From assembly GCA_026026165.1 (NCBI GenBank), contig JAPEUD010000006.1, forward strand, positions 310,001 to 374,000: a stretch of DNA of 64,000 nucleotides, read 5' to 3'. The notes under the pieces were generated by a model. That model ran no database searches. It had not been told where the DNA came from and saw nothing but the letters and a program-made list of their open reading frames with translations. The translations under genes and the position numbers were made by a program. Source of the DNA: Sarea resinae. Lineage: Eukaryota. Shown piece by piece: positions 11,553 to 25,600 of this stretch; position 1 is the first letter of the stretch; each line of letters begins with the position of its first letter.

Positions 11553-13472
11553 CTACAAATCAATCAGACTACCACTCTGCGGCTGAAACTGCTGTTGGTG
11601 CTGCTGCGCGCCAAATGGATTGTTGTTGGACTGGAAGCCGCCGCCACCGAAAGCTCCCATGCCCGCTGGACCCGTCTGGGCCGGCATCAAACGATTCGGC
11701 TGTTGGGCGCCGAAGCTGTTCTGGCTCCCTGCGCCAAAGCCAGTTTGCTGTGGAACGCCCGTGAATTGTTGCGAAAAGAACGGATTGTTGCCCGTCTGGT
11801 TGGCGTTTATTCCTTGGCCAGCAGAATTGATAAAAGTGCCCGGCGCGGTGTGCTGAGCGGGGATACGCAGGTTTCCGGTATTGCCAAACGTGTCCATGCC
11901 GTCGCCAGTCGCGAGGAGAGCGTTGAGTTGGGCATGTTGTGGATTCTGGGTCTTCTGCGGGGTGGTGGCAGTCTGGGGCCTGTATGTCGTTTGCGGCGAA
12001 AGGCTTTGACCGAATTGAGTTTGTACCTGCTCTTCCTGAAGCGTGTTGAGAGACGGTGGGCCAGCTGAAGTCTGTGGTCGGCCAAAGGAGCTCGCAAACG
12101 GGTTGTTGGAGCCCGTTGGCGCGGGTTTCAGTGCATCTAACTGCTGCTGTTGTCCTGTAGCCCAAGGATTGTGGCTTCCAGCCTGAGGGAAATGGCCTTG
12201 TGGTTGTTGTGTTTGGTTCTGGAAATCATTCCCTTGTTGAGCATAAGGATTGGAGACACCACCAAGAGCGGTTGGCTGATTTTGCACCATAGTCTGGGGT
12301 TGAGAGAAGCCCTGCTGAAACTGCGACGGGTCAAATCCCGTAGGTTGCGCCGGTTGCGCCTGGAAGCCGTTGGAATACCCGTTCTGAAACCCAGTTGGCT
12401 GATTTTGGAATCCAGTCGGCTGTGAGTAGGTATTATTCAAGAATCCAGTCGACTGCGGTTGCTGTTGCTGCTCGACTGGGTTTCCAAACCAATCGACTGC
12501 ACCCTGTTGCTGGTAACCTTGATTATAGCCGGTGGGCTGCGGTTGACTTGGCATTGGGTTGTCGTCAAAGAGAGACGCCGCATTGCTCTCCTCTAATTCT
12601 CTCCTCCGCAATTCCTCCTCTTCCTTGCTTAGCTTGATGGCTTTTGCAAGGTCGTCATCATCGAGAGGTGCAGCATTGCGCTCTCGCCTCCGCCTCTCAT
12701 CTTCAGCTTCGGCCTTGCTGGCTTCAATCGCTAGTCTATATTCAGTGTCGTCGTCATCATTCCTACGGCGACGATTCTCCTCTCTGCGATGATGCAGAGG
12801 AGGCCCACTATTATATGGGGAACTCGGACCAAATTCTTCAATCCCACTGACGCGTGATTTCCAAGTCTTGCGATCTTGCCGTTCGCTACGTAGCCGCTCT
12901 TCGTCGAGAATGAGTGATGTGAGTTCCTTGGCAGACACTCGAACTATCAAAGAAATGATTCAGCAAGGAGCTCTCAAGAGCTATGTACAGAAGCTTGCTT
13001 ACCGTTCAGACCTACATCGCGACCATCCTCATCGATGTATTGAAATTCACGTAGCGTCTTGATGATGTAGATGTTCTTCCTAGCCCAGGTGACAACCAAC
13101 TCAGATCCCTCGTGAAGACAGTAATCCAATACCTTCAATGACTTGAGAACATGGCGCCAATTCTTTCCTTTGTCGTTCAAGCGCTTGTCTAGCATGTCCA
13201 TAATCTCGTAGAAGTCATTGGAGCTAGACCAACATTAGACAGAACCGCAACGTAAAAGATCAGACCTCACTTGTTGAACGTCATCTGGGCAATCTCGCTC
13301 ATGTCGGTGCCCGTCGGGCCCCATGGATCATTGCTGGTAGCTATGTGAAATACGTCAGCTCCAAAGAGCCGCCAAAACTGCGAAGCATGCTTTTCATACC
13401 ATTTCGGACCTTGACCTGCACATGCGAATATCCCTTTGTGACATTCTTGACTCCGCGTATGACTTTCGACAT
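11553..13472 (-). CDS. ENT1: Epsin (ENTH domain, UIMs, NPF motifs, C-terminal clathrin box)
   Basis: Exons 13472-13400, 13340-13271, 13223-13003 and 12943-11553. They give MSKVIRGVKNVTKGYSHVQVKVRNATSNDPWGPTG...KGKNWRHVLKSLKVLDY (ENTH), UIMs (LAIEASKAEAE; DLAKAIKLSKEEEE), three NNPF motifs and a terminal SLIDL. Confidence 0.95.
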
Positions 13473-14693
13473 GATGGCGATGGTCTGATGGATAGGTGGG
13501 TCACCTTACCCGATCGGACTGTGAAGAGTCGAGGATCAGAGTCCACACAGCCAGCTCCGTCGAGCTCGGTTGCTGCGAGATGACTTTGCGAGTTGATTCT
13601 GCCCGTGGGAATGATGGCTGTCAAGGACACGGAGGCAGGTTTGGTCTGACGTCAAAGGCGGGTGGGAAGTCGAGATGTTCGCAATTTGAGATGTTGAGAG
13701 TTGGGTATGTATGTAGATGATTTGTACACTGCCCGACTGACAGGTTCGAGATCAAGATAGATTGCTCCGAGTGCCGGGATTCAGCGGATCGAGGGAAATG
13801 GGAGATTCGAGTGAAGATTTGTCGCGGCGGTGAATGGGACTCTCAACAAAGCATGCGTCTATCCGGGCTATAGCAAAGCAGATAATGTGATGCTCTTGCA
13901 GCTATGCTGATGTGTGCGACCAGACCGACGAGACCGACAACTTACGTCTTCGCCATCTCTCGTACCTGACCGATTCGGCAGAGTCTCATCTCCCCCCGTC
14001 TTGTCCTGTGATCTGTGATGACGACCGCACCGTGTCCGCTTACTAAGTCTGCGTGCTGGCCGAGGCTAAGCCGCCTCCATACTGCCAGCGGTGAGGAGTG
14101 GTACGCACTGCCGTGTATTACTCGTCACCATTGACATGCCTACTGCGTAACTGAGAATTGATATCCATGGATCCATATCATTCTCATTCGATCTCGCAGT
14201 TGCGTGCTTACAAAGACGACGGAGATCATTGTATCCTTCGGTTTACACCAATGAATGGCGCGCTGTGAGAGCTACGCAAATCCAACGTTGCATGCCGAGA
14301 TACCAAAGCAGGCACTTTAAGGGCTCTGGATTGAATGCTATGAAGACGTAGAAATACAAGCCTGAGTTGTGCCGAGCTAGAAATCGGGCTGCCCATGTAA
14401 ACTCCAGACGACAGATGAACCTTGGTGGAGAGAGTACCCGCTGAAAATCCCAATATTTTCCCATATACTAACGTAAATGAAACGGTCTAAAAGTAAGACA
14501 CCCTTCCAGCCCATGGTCGTTCCTACCGCCAGGGAAATGTAGCAATGATATGACCAAGGCCTAATGTACGCCACCACGAGAAGCTCCAGGCTGTAATAAG
14601 AAAAATGCTCGAGGCATCCGATGGTCACAAACAATATGGGTATCTCGCAGTAAGTCAGAAGCACACAAGCAACAAACGACCACCTACGAGAGC

Positions 14694-16183
<1,490 letters not shown>

Positions 16184-19100
16184 GTTGAACAGAAAGCAAG
16201 AAGTAGAAGCCACAGCTTCAAATTTGCTTGGGGTGATATCGCTGAGAACTCGATGCCTCTGAGCTCAGCTTAATACAGTGCTGCCGTTAAAGCGTCTGCA
16301 AGACAGCCTAGAGAATAACGCGTCTCAGCTCAGCCGTAGTGCATCCAAGGATGATCGGCGAAAGGATATTTGCGTCAGGCGAAGACGTTCACATTCACTT
16401 GCGTCGGTGAGCCTCGATCGACCTTTGTTCCAAAGTGAAGGGGGTTTCAAAGTAACCGAGAGTTGACAAAGAAAGCTTGTCAGTCGGCAGCGACCTCGTC
16501 GTAAATAACTTTAGGTCGAGCACTCAAGATTGGAAATAGTAGTGGTCTTCCAGAATCCCGTAATGATTCGATCGCCTACTTGGCTGTCAGCAAGACCCTG
16601 GAAGCTCAAAATCGCGCGGAAACAAAAGTTCGCCAAATCCAGCCTCCACTCGGTTTCGTGCAGGTGTAAAATCATCGATCACTTCCAAGGAATCTGGATG
16701 TAGGCGGCCTACCTCAAGGGCGGATACATATTTGATAGGATATACAAAATGTTTCAGAAACTGACCTTACTTGATTACCCAGCTTCCTCTAACGGACAAC
16801 ACTAATCAAAGTATATTGGATCCGGAAAACGTCGTCAAACTGTATCTAGCACTCTTGGCAAATGATCGGAATGCTAGAAAACACGGACTAGTAAGCACAA
16901 CCCATAATTTGATGGCGGCACGGTCCAAAAAGATGGCTAATTACTTTTTTTCCGCGAGAGGATGCGAAAGCTTAGACAGAGCGAATGATGCTCGAGGCCC
17001 GAGATCTTGATAGCTGAAGTTTCACTATACGCGGGAAGCGGCTTGTTGCAAGGTGATTCAGGATCCGGGAACAAAGGAATGCGATTGAAAGGAACCTCGG
17101 CTCGTACGCAGTCCTCAATAGATATATGCAGCCACTAAAGCTCGAACCAGCAGTTCGTCCCAAGCTGAGCCCGAGACCTTTCAAGCACTATTAATGGCGA
17201 TGTGGGTACCCGTTGGGGGCTCCAGCCTGTTCGAAAATAACGGAAGACCAGCAGGCGCTGAAGGCGATCGGAAATGAGAGCAGCTTGAGATGTGAGATCC
17301 CACGCAGCGAAGTGTTTTATAACGTAGAACCTAATTGCTTGCGAGCAAGACAACCTCGTCCTGAGCCCGGTAATGGTGAGCTTATTTTGCCAAGTACGTC
17401 AGAGACCGACCAGCGTCGACCAAAGCTTCAAGGGACGAATGGAGTATACTTGGCGTTGGTGAGGCGCGTCGATGGTGCGAATGACCGATGGTATGTCAAC
17501 GTCAAATGAAAGGCTCAGCTAACAGCGGTGAGGAAGTCAAAAGACAATGTAGGATACGTCAAAGTGGCAGAGTCGCAGAGCACAAGACGTGCGTTCGTTG
17601 TCGTACGCGCTCTGCGTGTGCAGACGAGACACACTGACCACACAATCGATGGCGATGCTGCAAGCCGGCAACAGGAAGAGCAACTCGTGCCAAAGCCAAG
17701 TTCCGCGAGAGAGGATTCTAAGATGGCGAGGAAGTGTCAGAACAGTTGCATGGCGTCGCACGCAGCAGCCACGATTGAATGGGCGAGAAACGTGCCTGGT
17801 TGACTTACAGCGGAGATTCCGAAGATCTGCGACCTCTGCGACTCGCGTGGCAGAGAGCTCGATGATCTGGAGCGAATCACCACAATCTCAGTAGTGCCTG
17901 CTGTTTTGTCTCAAGCTCTCGTCGCGGCAGTATCCTATCAGAGCGACTCGATTTGCGAGTCTGTGAAGATGAAAACCCGACCTATTCAGGAAAACGCAGG
18001 GTGCCCACGGCTGCTGTGATGACTTGTTCAGGCCGCTTTGGCGACTCGAATATACCTCTGGCAATCGGCTCGAATTTTCGTCTAAAAACAGAGTTTCGCA
18101 GCTACCAGAGCTTGAGCACTCGGCGAGAGCCGCAGCAATTGTTCTTCTAGTGGACTTCTAGTGTCGAGGCTGGATGTGGAGGCTGAAGGAATAGTAGACG
18201 GAAGCACGTCTCGTTCGGATGAATGATAGTGCCGTTACTATTTCACTCACTCCACTACCTTAGGTAGAGAGTCGTCAAGAGCTGAGTGAGAAAGGCAGCT
18301 GGACAGGCGTAGACGCGAGACGAGTCGAAACGAGACGAGACGAGACGATGCGAAACAAGTCGAGACCGATGGAGGAAACGGAGACGAGGGGGAGAGGAAG
18401 AGCGCATAAGGCAAACCTTCACGTCGAACGGTCGTAGTAAAATGTACGAAGTAGTTGTCGTCAGTAGTAATGGTGGTACGCAGTGGTAATAGTGGTACTG
18501 TAGATAAGGTCAGGCATCTAAGCATCCCCAACCCAAGGAAGGAAAGGTATCCGGGGGGGATAATTGAGCTGGAGGGCTCCGTGCTGTCCTCCAGGTCCCC
18601 CCAGGCCGACTACCAGTGGTGAGGCTTAGCGCGCCATCATTTGTCGTCTACATTCTTAGGCCCCTTCTATTTTCCCTGGGGCAGGGTAATATCGCAACTC
18701 TCTCATACGTACCTTGCTCTCCTATGTACAGCGTCCTTCCGTCGAGGCATGAGATGATGATGAAAGTATGGCCATCGTGGGAAACCTTGTGGTACACCCC
18801 ATTCAACTGCGAAGGTATCATTCGGTGGGACTCGGCGCAGGAATACTCGTGATGCTAGATTGTGGTGCAGCCTGCAGCTCCTTCTGCCAGATCATCATCC
18901 ATCTACGAATAGGCTGCCAACCTACCTATCCTACCTGCCATGCCTTACCCTGCACTTCATCCGTCGGAGGCGACTACCAATGCCAGCCATTGAGCGGACG
19001 TGCGATGCCCTTGCCGTGCTGGCTTGCCATGGTGAAGCCGTATCATTTTCGGGTCGATCATCGTGCACAGTCTCAAGCTGTACAAAGTATGTATGTACTC

Positions 19101-22100
19101 TAGCACTGACCATCAACAGAGTCGCGCACGTCCGGGCGCAGCATGACAACATGAAGGCGTGGCAGGGCCCTCGGGCCATGCAGGGCTTGGTATCTACTTC
19201 ATCAATTCTCCTTGGCTCGGCAGTTTGGACGGTCTCTTGCAGGGTTGCGTGAGTACTTGAGGCAGGATGAGAGCATTCATGCTCGCCGACTTGTATCCTC
19301 TCGCCCTTCTCTCCTACGTAACTGCCTGAAGTCGCCCATGTCAATGGCCTTCCGGGGTGACGCCATGTCGTAACATCCATCCATCCCATCATTGCAATAC
19401 CACTCATGGGGCCCCATGCTCAAAACCGCCATGGGTCTCTGTCTGTCTCGCAAGATTTGTCGCAGGGATGTCCCTTTCCATCCAGTCTCAGGGGATCCTC
19501 TCGCTCCCAGTTACCACATTTCCTGCACGCCCCAAAATAGGCCCTCAAAGCGTTCCAATCAGGGATGGGAGATGGTACCTAGTCGAGGGCCGTCCTCCAA
19601 CCACCCGCTCTACATTAGCCTCGTCCCGAGTCCATAGGACCGACTTCCCCGGCACGCGCATGCCACGAGGAAATACCTAGTGGTCACTGTGTGGTGCTCG
19701 GGCGTACTCTCTCTCTGTAGAAGTCGGCCGTGGCACCAGCACGCACACACAGATGGAAATCAACTCCCAAGATCCCACGAGAGCGGCACGGTCCTTCCTT
19801 AGAACGCTAAGAGCCGGGCCAGCGCTTGATCAAGGGGCGCCCACGGCTGTTGGCGGAGGGTAAACGGATGCTTGGACGCTCCCAGAAGCCCCCACCACAG
19901 AGGCAGAACATTGTCTGCTGGCTGTCGTTGGTGGCGTTTTGCTAGTTCGGTAGCTACAGTCGTCTGTCTCGTAGCATAAGGTATGCATGCCTCTCTGCGC
20001 TCTCGGAGGGGGGATGATGAACCTGAAAGATTGGATCATTTCACGTGATCCCTTTGGGAATTTTCATTGCCAGCCCACGATGCCTATCATTCCTTTCGGA
20101 GATTCTCTGGGGATTGTAGACCTGCAAGACAGAGCACTGTGAAGACCACACTGTTTATTTACGACACTTGTTTTGCCTAAATCGCTTGAATGGCCTCTGC
20201 GGCACTACTCCCTGATGCCCGGGCCGATCTTTCGGAGCTCTCCGCATGTTGGCAAAGGTGAAACTGAACGAAGTCACTGCCAGTGCGCTAGTACGCGCAA
20301 TAAACGTTAGTCGCAATATCGTGTGCTTCACCGTATCTCTCGTTCCGAGAGAGAGAGAGAGAGAGGCCGTCAAAGTGACAAGAGCACGGGCTGGCATCTG
20401 TCCCGCTTGAAGTACGGGGCGGGAAAGGCGGGAGAGCCCGCAAAGGGGAAGAAGGGGAAAAGGTCTCTGCACGACGCCTACGGAGTACATACGCCGTAGT
20501 AGAAACCGGTTGCCAATTTCGTGCTGTCTACATGTACCATAGTACTCCGTATGTTGGCGGGCCGGTCAAGCCCGCAAGATCTCACCCTCTGCGTTATGAT
20601 TGCCTGGCGATCGTGTATCAGATCGAATCATAGGACCAATGCTGGCAGCCAGGGGCCCCTCGGGCCTTGGGGTGGTTTCATCGTCGACGCTTCCTCTGTC
20701 CTCGGTCAACTACTACTCTAGAGTACTGAAGTACTGAGCAACGCATGGGGCATCTTGCTGGATGTGGAAGCGCTTGCGTGCTGACGCTTGGCCCGCAGCG
20801 AGACCAGTGAAGAAGTCGACAGTAGTCTGTACGTAGTCTGTACGTAGAGGACACTCCGGAGCAGTCGAACGTGTTCTCCACGTGCAGGTCGTGCAGGTCG
20901 TGCAGCTGAAGAAGCCCAACCAAGGCTTCTCGAAGCGATACCCCCCGTCGTCCAATGATGGCCATGGCCCATGCCCGCCCGTGCTCCCTCACTGTTCACT
21001 GTTCTCTGTTCTCTGTTCTGCAACCGAGATTGCACGCACCACCACCCCACGGCATCCATCCGTCTAGTATTCGTTCACCCAGACCTTGCTGGGGGATACA
21101 GTTACTCTAGCAAATGCAGCAACGGGATCAGCCAGCCAAGCGTGGACCGTCCGCGGTGGCGTTCACCGAGACGTAGGTGCGTAGCACAGAGAGGGCTGCT
21201 CGACCAGCTGACTCGACGTTTCCGCGGCATTTATGAAATATTTGTTTTTTTCTCCTCTGTTCCGGAACGATGGAGGGTTACATGTAATGCGGTGCCGGTT
21301 CGCGGCAAAGCTCGAATTGGTTCTGGGAGCAGTGCCGACTTCTCCTCGTAGCTCAAGGAACTCCCTAAACGAGGGGGGATGAAATGGAAGCACACTGGAA
21401 GAAACATCGAAGCAACCGAACATACCGCGACTATCGTGTTCCTACGCAGGGCAGACTAGAGCAGGCCAGGGCAGGCCAGGGCAGGCCAGAGAGCGATCAC
21501 TGACCCAACGAGGGCAATTCTCCGCACCCACAAGGATGCGATTTAGTCCCGACGGCGGGCCCGCGCGGCGCCATGATGAGATGGGATGGGCGGAGACGAA
21601 AACGCACCCAGGAGCAAAGTGGAAGGTTTCTGGAAACCGGCACGTTGGCTTCTTCTCTTCTTCCAGAACCCCTGGAGAGAAGGAAAAAGCAACGCGGTTT
21701 CGTAAGCCTTCCCTATGAGTACACAGCCCCCCCTGCGGCCCTCATGCTGACCGAGGCAAGCTTGCGCACCCCGAGTGCAATATGTACGGAGTAGCCATGT
21801 AATTGGTAGTCGCTCGCCATCCATGCTTGGCCTGCGACAGCCATGTGTTTCCTCACGGCCAAGAGGTTTCGAGTTTGCCAATGGTGCTAGTGAAGTCCAA
21901 GTCAGAGACTGCTCTGCTCTTCGTGATGATGCTGCTCATGCTATCTGCAGGGCCGGCGGCCATCATGCACGCACTTCGTGGTTGTGATAGTACGCGGAGA
22001 GTAGAGCCATTGAAGTAATTGGGGTGGTGGGGCCGGGCCTTGCCTCGTGCACCCCTGTCTTCATTCGACTGGGCGCTGGAGAATGGAGGAGATGAGATGG

Positions 22101-22600
22101 CATGATGACGTGAGGGCGGCTGTCGATCTGCCTATCTCGTATTCTCCGTGAGGCAGGTCAACTGCAGCACCCGCTCTTCAGAAGATTTACTATTGTCAAA
22201 GGTATACTCAATAGGTACCTAGTGTAATGATATATCATCCGACAAGTCCTTCTTCTTTCTAGACCGGACCCTTGAGAGGGATGGATCTCGTACAACAGAT
22301 GTTCACCAGCGCACACGGTAGGGTCGATGCGATATATCTGACTCTTAGTGAAATGTCTTTCTGATTATCGCTTGCACTACGTTACGCTATGCTAATGGTA
22401 TGCTATGGTATGCTACATTCCCCTAATGGGCTGCTTGATGCATTCGGGTCAAGGCAGCGAAAGAGTATCCCCGAAAAGGAAATAAGAGAATTACGCACAG
22501 TAGTAGAATCCGACAACCCGCTATGCAATTTTGACAGAGACCATTGACCAAGCAATTATCACCAGCAAAGCCGATGACCTCGAATTGAGGCAGAAGATAT

Positions 22601-25600
22601 TTAATTTCCCACCTGAGCCATGACAGCTTTGTAATAATCCAGACCCAAATTCGTCGAATGCTTCAGGGACGCGTCTTCCGTGAGGGGTAGATGCAGGACT
22701 TCAGCTTCGTCGATATATTTCTGGGATGGAATCAGTGATTGTACGAAATGGCTGGATATCGTCTTCGGAGGCTCATGGCATACCTTGTCGTTCCAGTTCA
22801 GAGCTGCTCTTCCCACGGCATTGCTCATCTCCTGCACCGCAACAATTTCGGCAAATCCCGCAATCCAGTTATCAGTCATAGCGGGGAGAGCATCCAGCAA
22901 TCTAAACAGGACTTCTTTCTCGTCATTCTGAGCCGGGAGACCCTGTTGGTTAGGTCCGGGCTCCAATGCAGTTCCGCCTTTCTCAAGCTGTAGCAAGCTG
23001 AGAAAGTCGAAATAGACCTGCCCACCCATATTCCATCCGGGCACGCGACTGACGTCTGCAAAACCCTTTAGTAACCTACCCAGAGTTTCGTAGTCTTGGG
23101 CGATGATAGCCTCGGGGGCAACACTTCGGCACAATGTCTCATGCGCCACTTGCCAATTCATTCCAGATTGCAGCCATGTAACTTCTGCAACATGATCATG
23201 TTCGGCAGAGCGAGCGTGCAACGCTTTTGCCTCGTAGAGCCACGACTCTGGAATGGCGAAAACTTCGGTCAGACGCCGAAAGAGTTGGGAGTCTGGAGAG
23301 CCCAACTCCGATGCGTGACGAGAAATTATTTCTTGGACAGCTTTGGTCCGCGCGTTGGCATTGGTAAGATGGAGGCAGATATAGATAGCCCAGATCCACT
23401 CGCCAGCAGATTCTAGCTGAGTAGCGTAATCCCAGGCTATTTGATCTGCTTTGCCGTCACTCAAATGCTTCCCATCAGCAGGCCGGTTGCCAAAACCGGC
23501 AATGCTGCGGACCTTGAAGGTATGGTAGAGCTGAAAGGTCATTCTCAAGTCCAATGGATTGCCATTGAAACTTTGCGGCAAAAACAAGTTCTCCACGTCC
23601 ATAGTTTTCTTCTCGTCAGCATAAAGCTTCAGCATTTCCCAAAGTAAATCTTCGCGCTCTTCCGCGTTCGAATCATACCAAGGCACGTGAAAATTCGTTC
23701 CGGAAAACCATGGCAGAGGTTTCTGAACTTCGATGCCTGACTCGAGGTCATCCTTGAATGACTTGACAGCTGCCTCAATTGGATCGCCTTGTTCAGTGCC
23801 ATACCACAATCGGAGTCCGAATGCACGTCTCCAGTCCAATCCAAAACGCTCACTGATCGTGAAGGTTCTCGCGCGATTCTCGATGGGTCCCTTCTTGCCT
23901 TCACAGACACAAACGTTGCCACTTGACATTTCATATAGCGCCCGGATCGGTTCCGAAAACTCGGAGAGAACATTTTGGCGGTGCCAGTCGGCAATTTGCT
24001 CAGTCATCTCCTTGCGCATCGAATTGTCGCTGCCAATCATCGAGACAAGCGTCGCAAGCCGAAAGTCTTTGCCGTCAAGGAGGGCGCCGCACGCATCTTC
24101 GATGGAGAATTCCGAGAGGTGTGCAATAGCTTTCTCCTCAGACGAAGTGGCCCGAGTGGCATGCTTCTCTGCGTTAGGCTGGACGAGCTCTTTCCAAAGC
24201 TGTGAGAGACTGTCTTTGCGTAGCCGGCGCTCTACATAAGCATAATCGTGTGCAGGCACCCTCTCCGGGAATTTAAAGTCACAGTCATCGAAGAGGATGT
24301 GGGCAAGCTGCCAGACGGACTTCTCCTGAAGAGATGCCGGGTCTCTGCCCTGAACACTGTGAAAGAAGTCGGAAAAGGCAAATACAGGTTTTAGCTTAGC
24401 GAGTGGGGCACCGTTTTCCATAACGAATTCTGTATCGTTGCTCTGCTTTTCGAGCGTTGCCGTTACGAGCTTGAAAAAGGTACGATTAGTATGCTTGAAA
24501 TGGTGGCGGGGAGAGATACCAACATTCTTCGAGTGGGCGAAATTTGCCAGCTGGACCGTACAACCCTGAAAGGCGAATGGACGACCTTTCTTTTCCAAAA
24601 GCTCAGAGTGATGTCCATCTGATGCGGGTATGATCTCAGAGCTGCTGGTGGCTGCGTAAACCAGGGTGCTACTAGGACCCCAGCTAGGTCTAAGGACTCG
24701 ATGGAATCGTCTGTCCATGTCGTTCATCGAAGATTGATCGGCATCAAAGGTTTTCGATTTCTTCGGGTAAGGCCACTAAAAAGGCACATTGTCTCAGCAA
24801 AAGGTCTTCTTATTTCTTTTACGTACATGAGCGGGCGCAACGTCTGGCCCTCGAGCTAGCCCCTCTTCACGTGTCGCTACCTGGCTTACGCAGCCATAAC
24901 GCTGAAATGAAAGGTGGAGTCAAACCTCAAAATGTTCTTCCCGGATTTCTCCCTTGGATTTTCCTGCCTTCCGCCTGGGGTCTTGACCGAAAAGTGAATT
25001 CATGAGATCGATGCTGGTCGCAAAGTTCTTTGCACCCACCGGATATGGTTCGTTTGCCGTGGGCGTTTCGTCTCCGATCAACTGAGAACCCCCGAGATAA
25101 TTTGCCTGACTCTCTTTCAATACGTGTCGATCCTGTTTCCTGGGGCTGATGGTACGCTGTAATTGTTCCGTCCAGTCTCCTTCCAGAGTCAATTTTGCTA
25201 GAGGTGATAGTGGTTGCTCGTTATGTTTCATGATCGATTTGAGAGGCGAAGCCTCATTGTCCGCGATATCCAGATCAGGGTAAGATCCAGCCATTTCGAG
25301 ACCGCTGACCATTACCGATTCGTCCTCCTCGTCAGCTTCAAGGGGAATCTCGCTCGGCTCGTCAAGGCCGTCATCTGAGGATGACCTTGCCGAGCCTTCC
25401 TCTAAAAAAGAATTGCCATCCCGCGCGTCGTCATCAGATTGTCCACTCATGTACTCCTCTTCTTCCTCGAACGGGGCTCTGTTATTAAAGGCGCCGGGGA
25501 ATATCTTCTTTTTTTTAAACTCAAAGGTGTCCTCTGGATCCGACTCAATTCGAGACGCTTCTTCGGTGAGGGCTGACGTATCAATCTGGGAATTGAAAGA

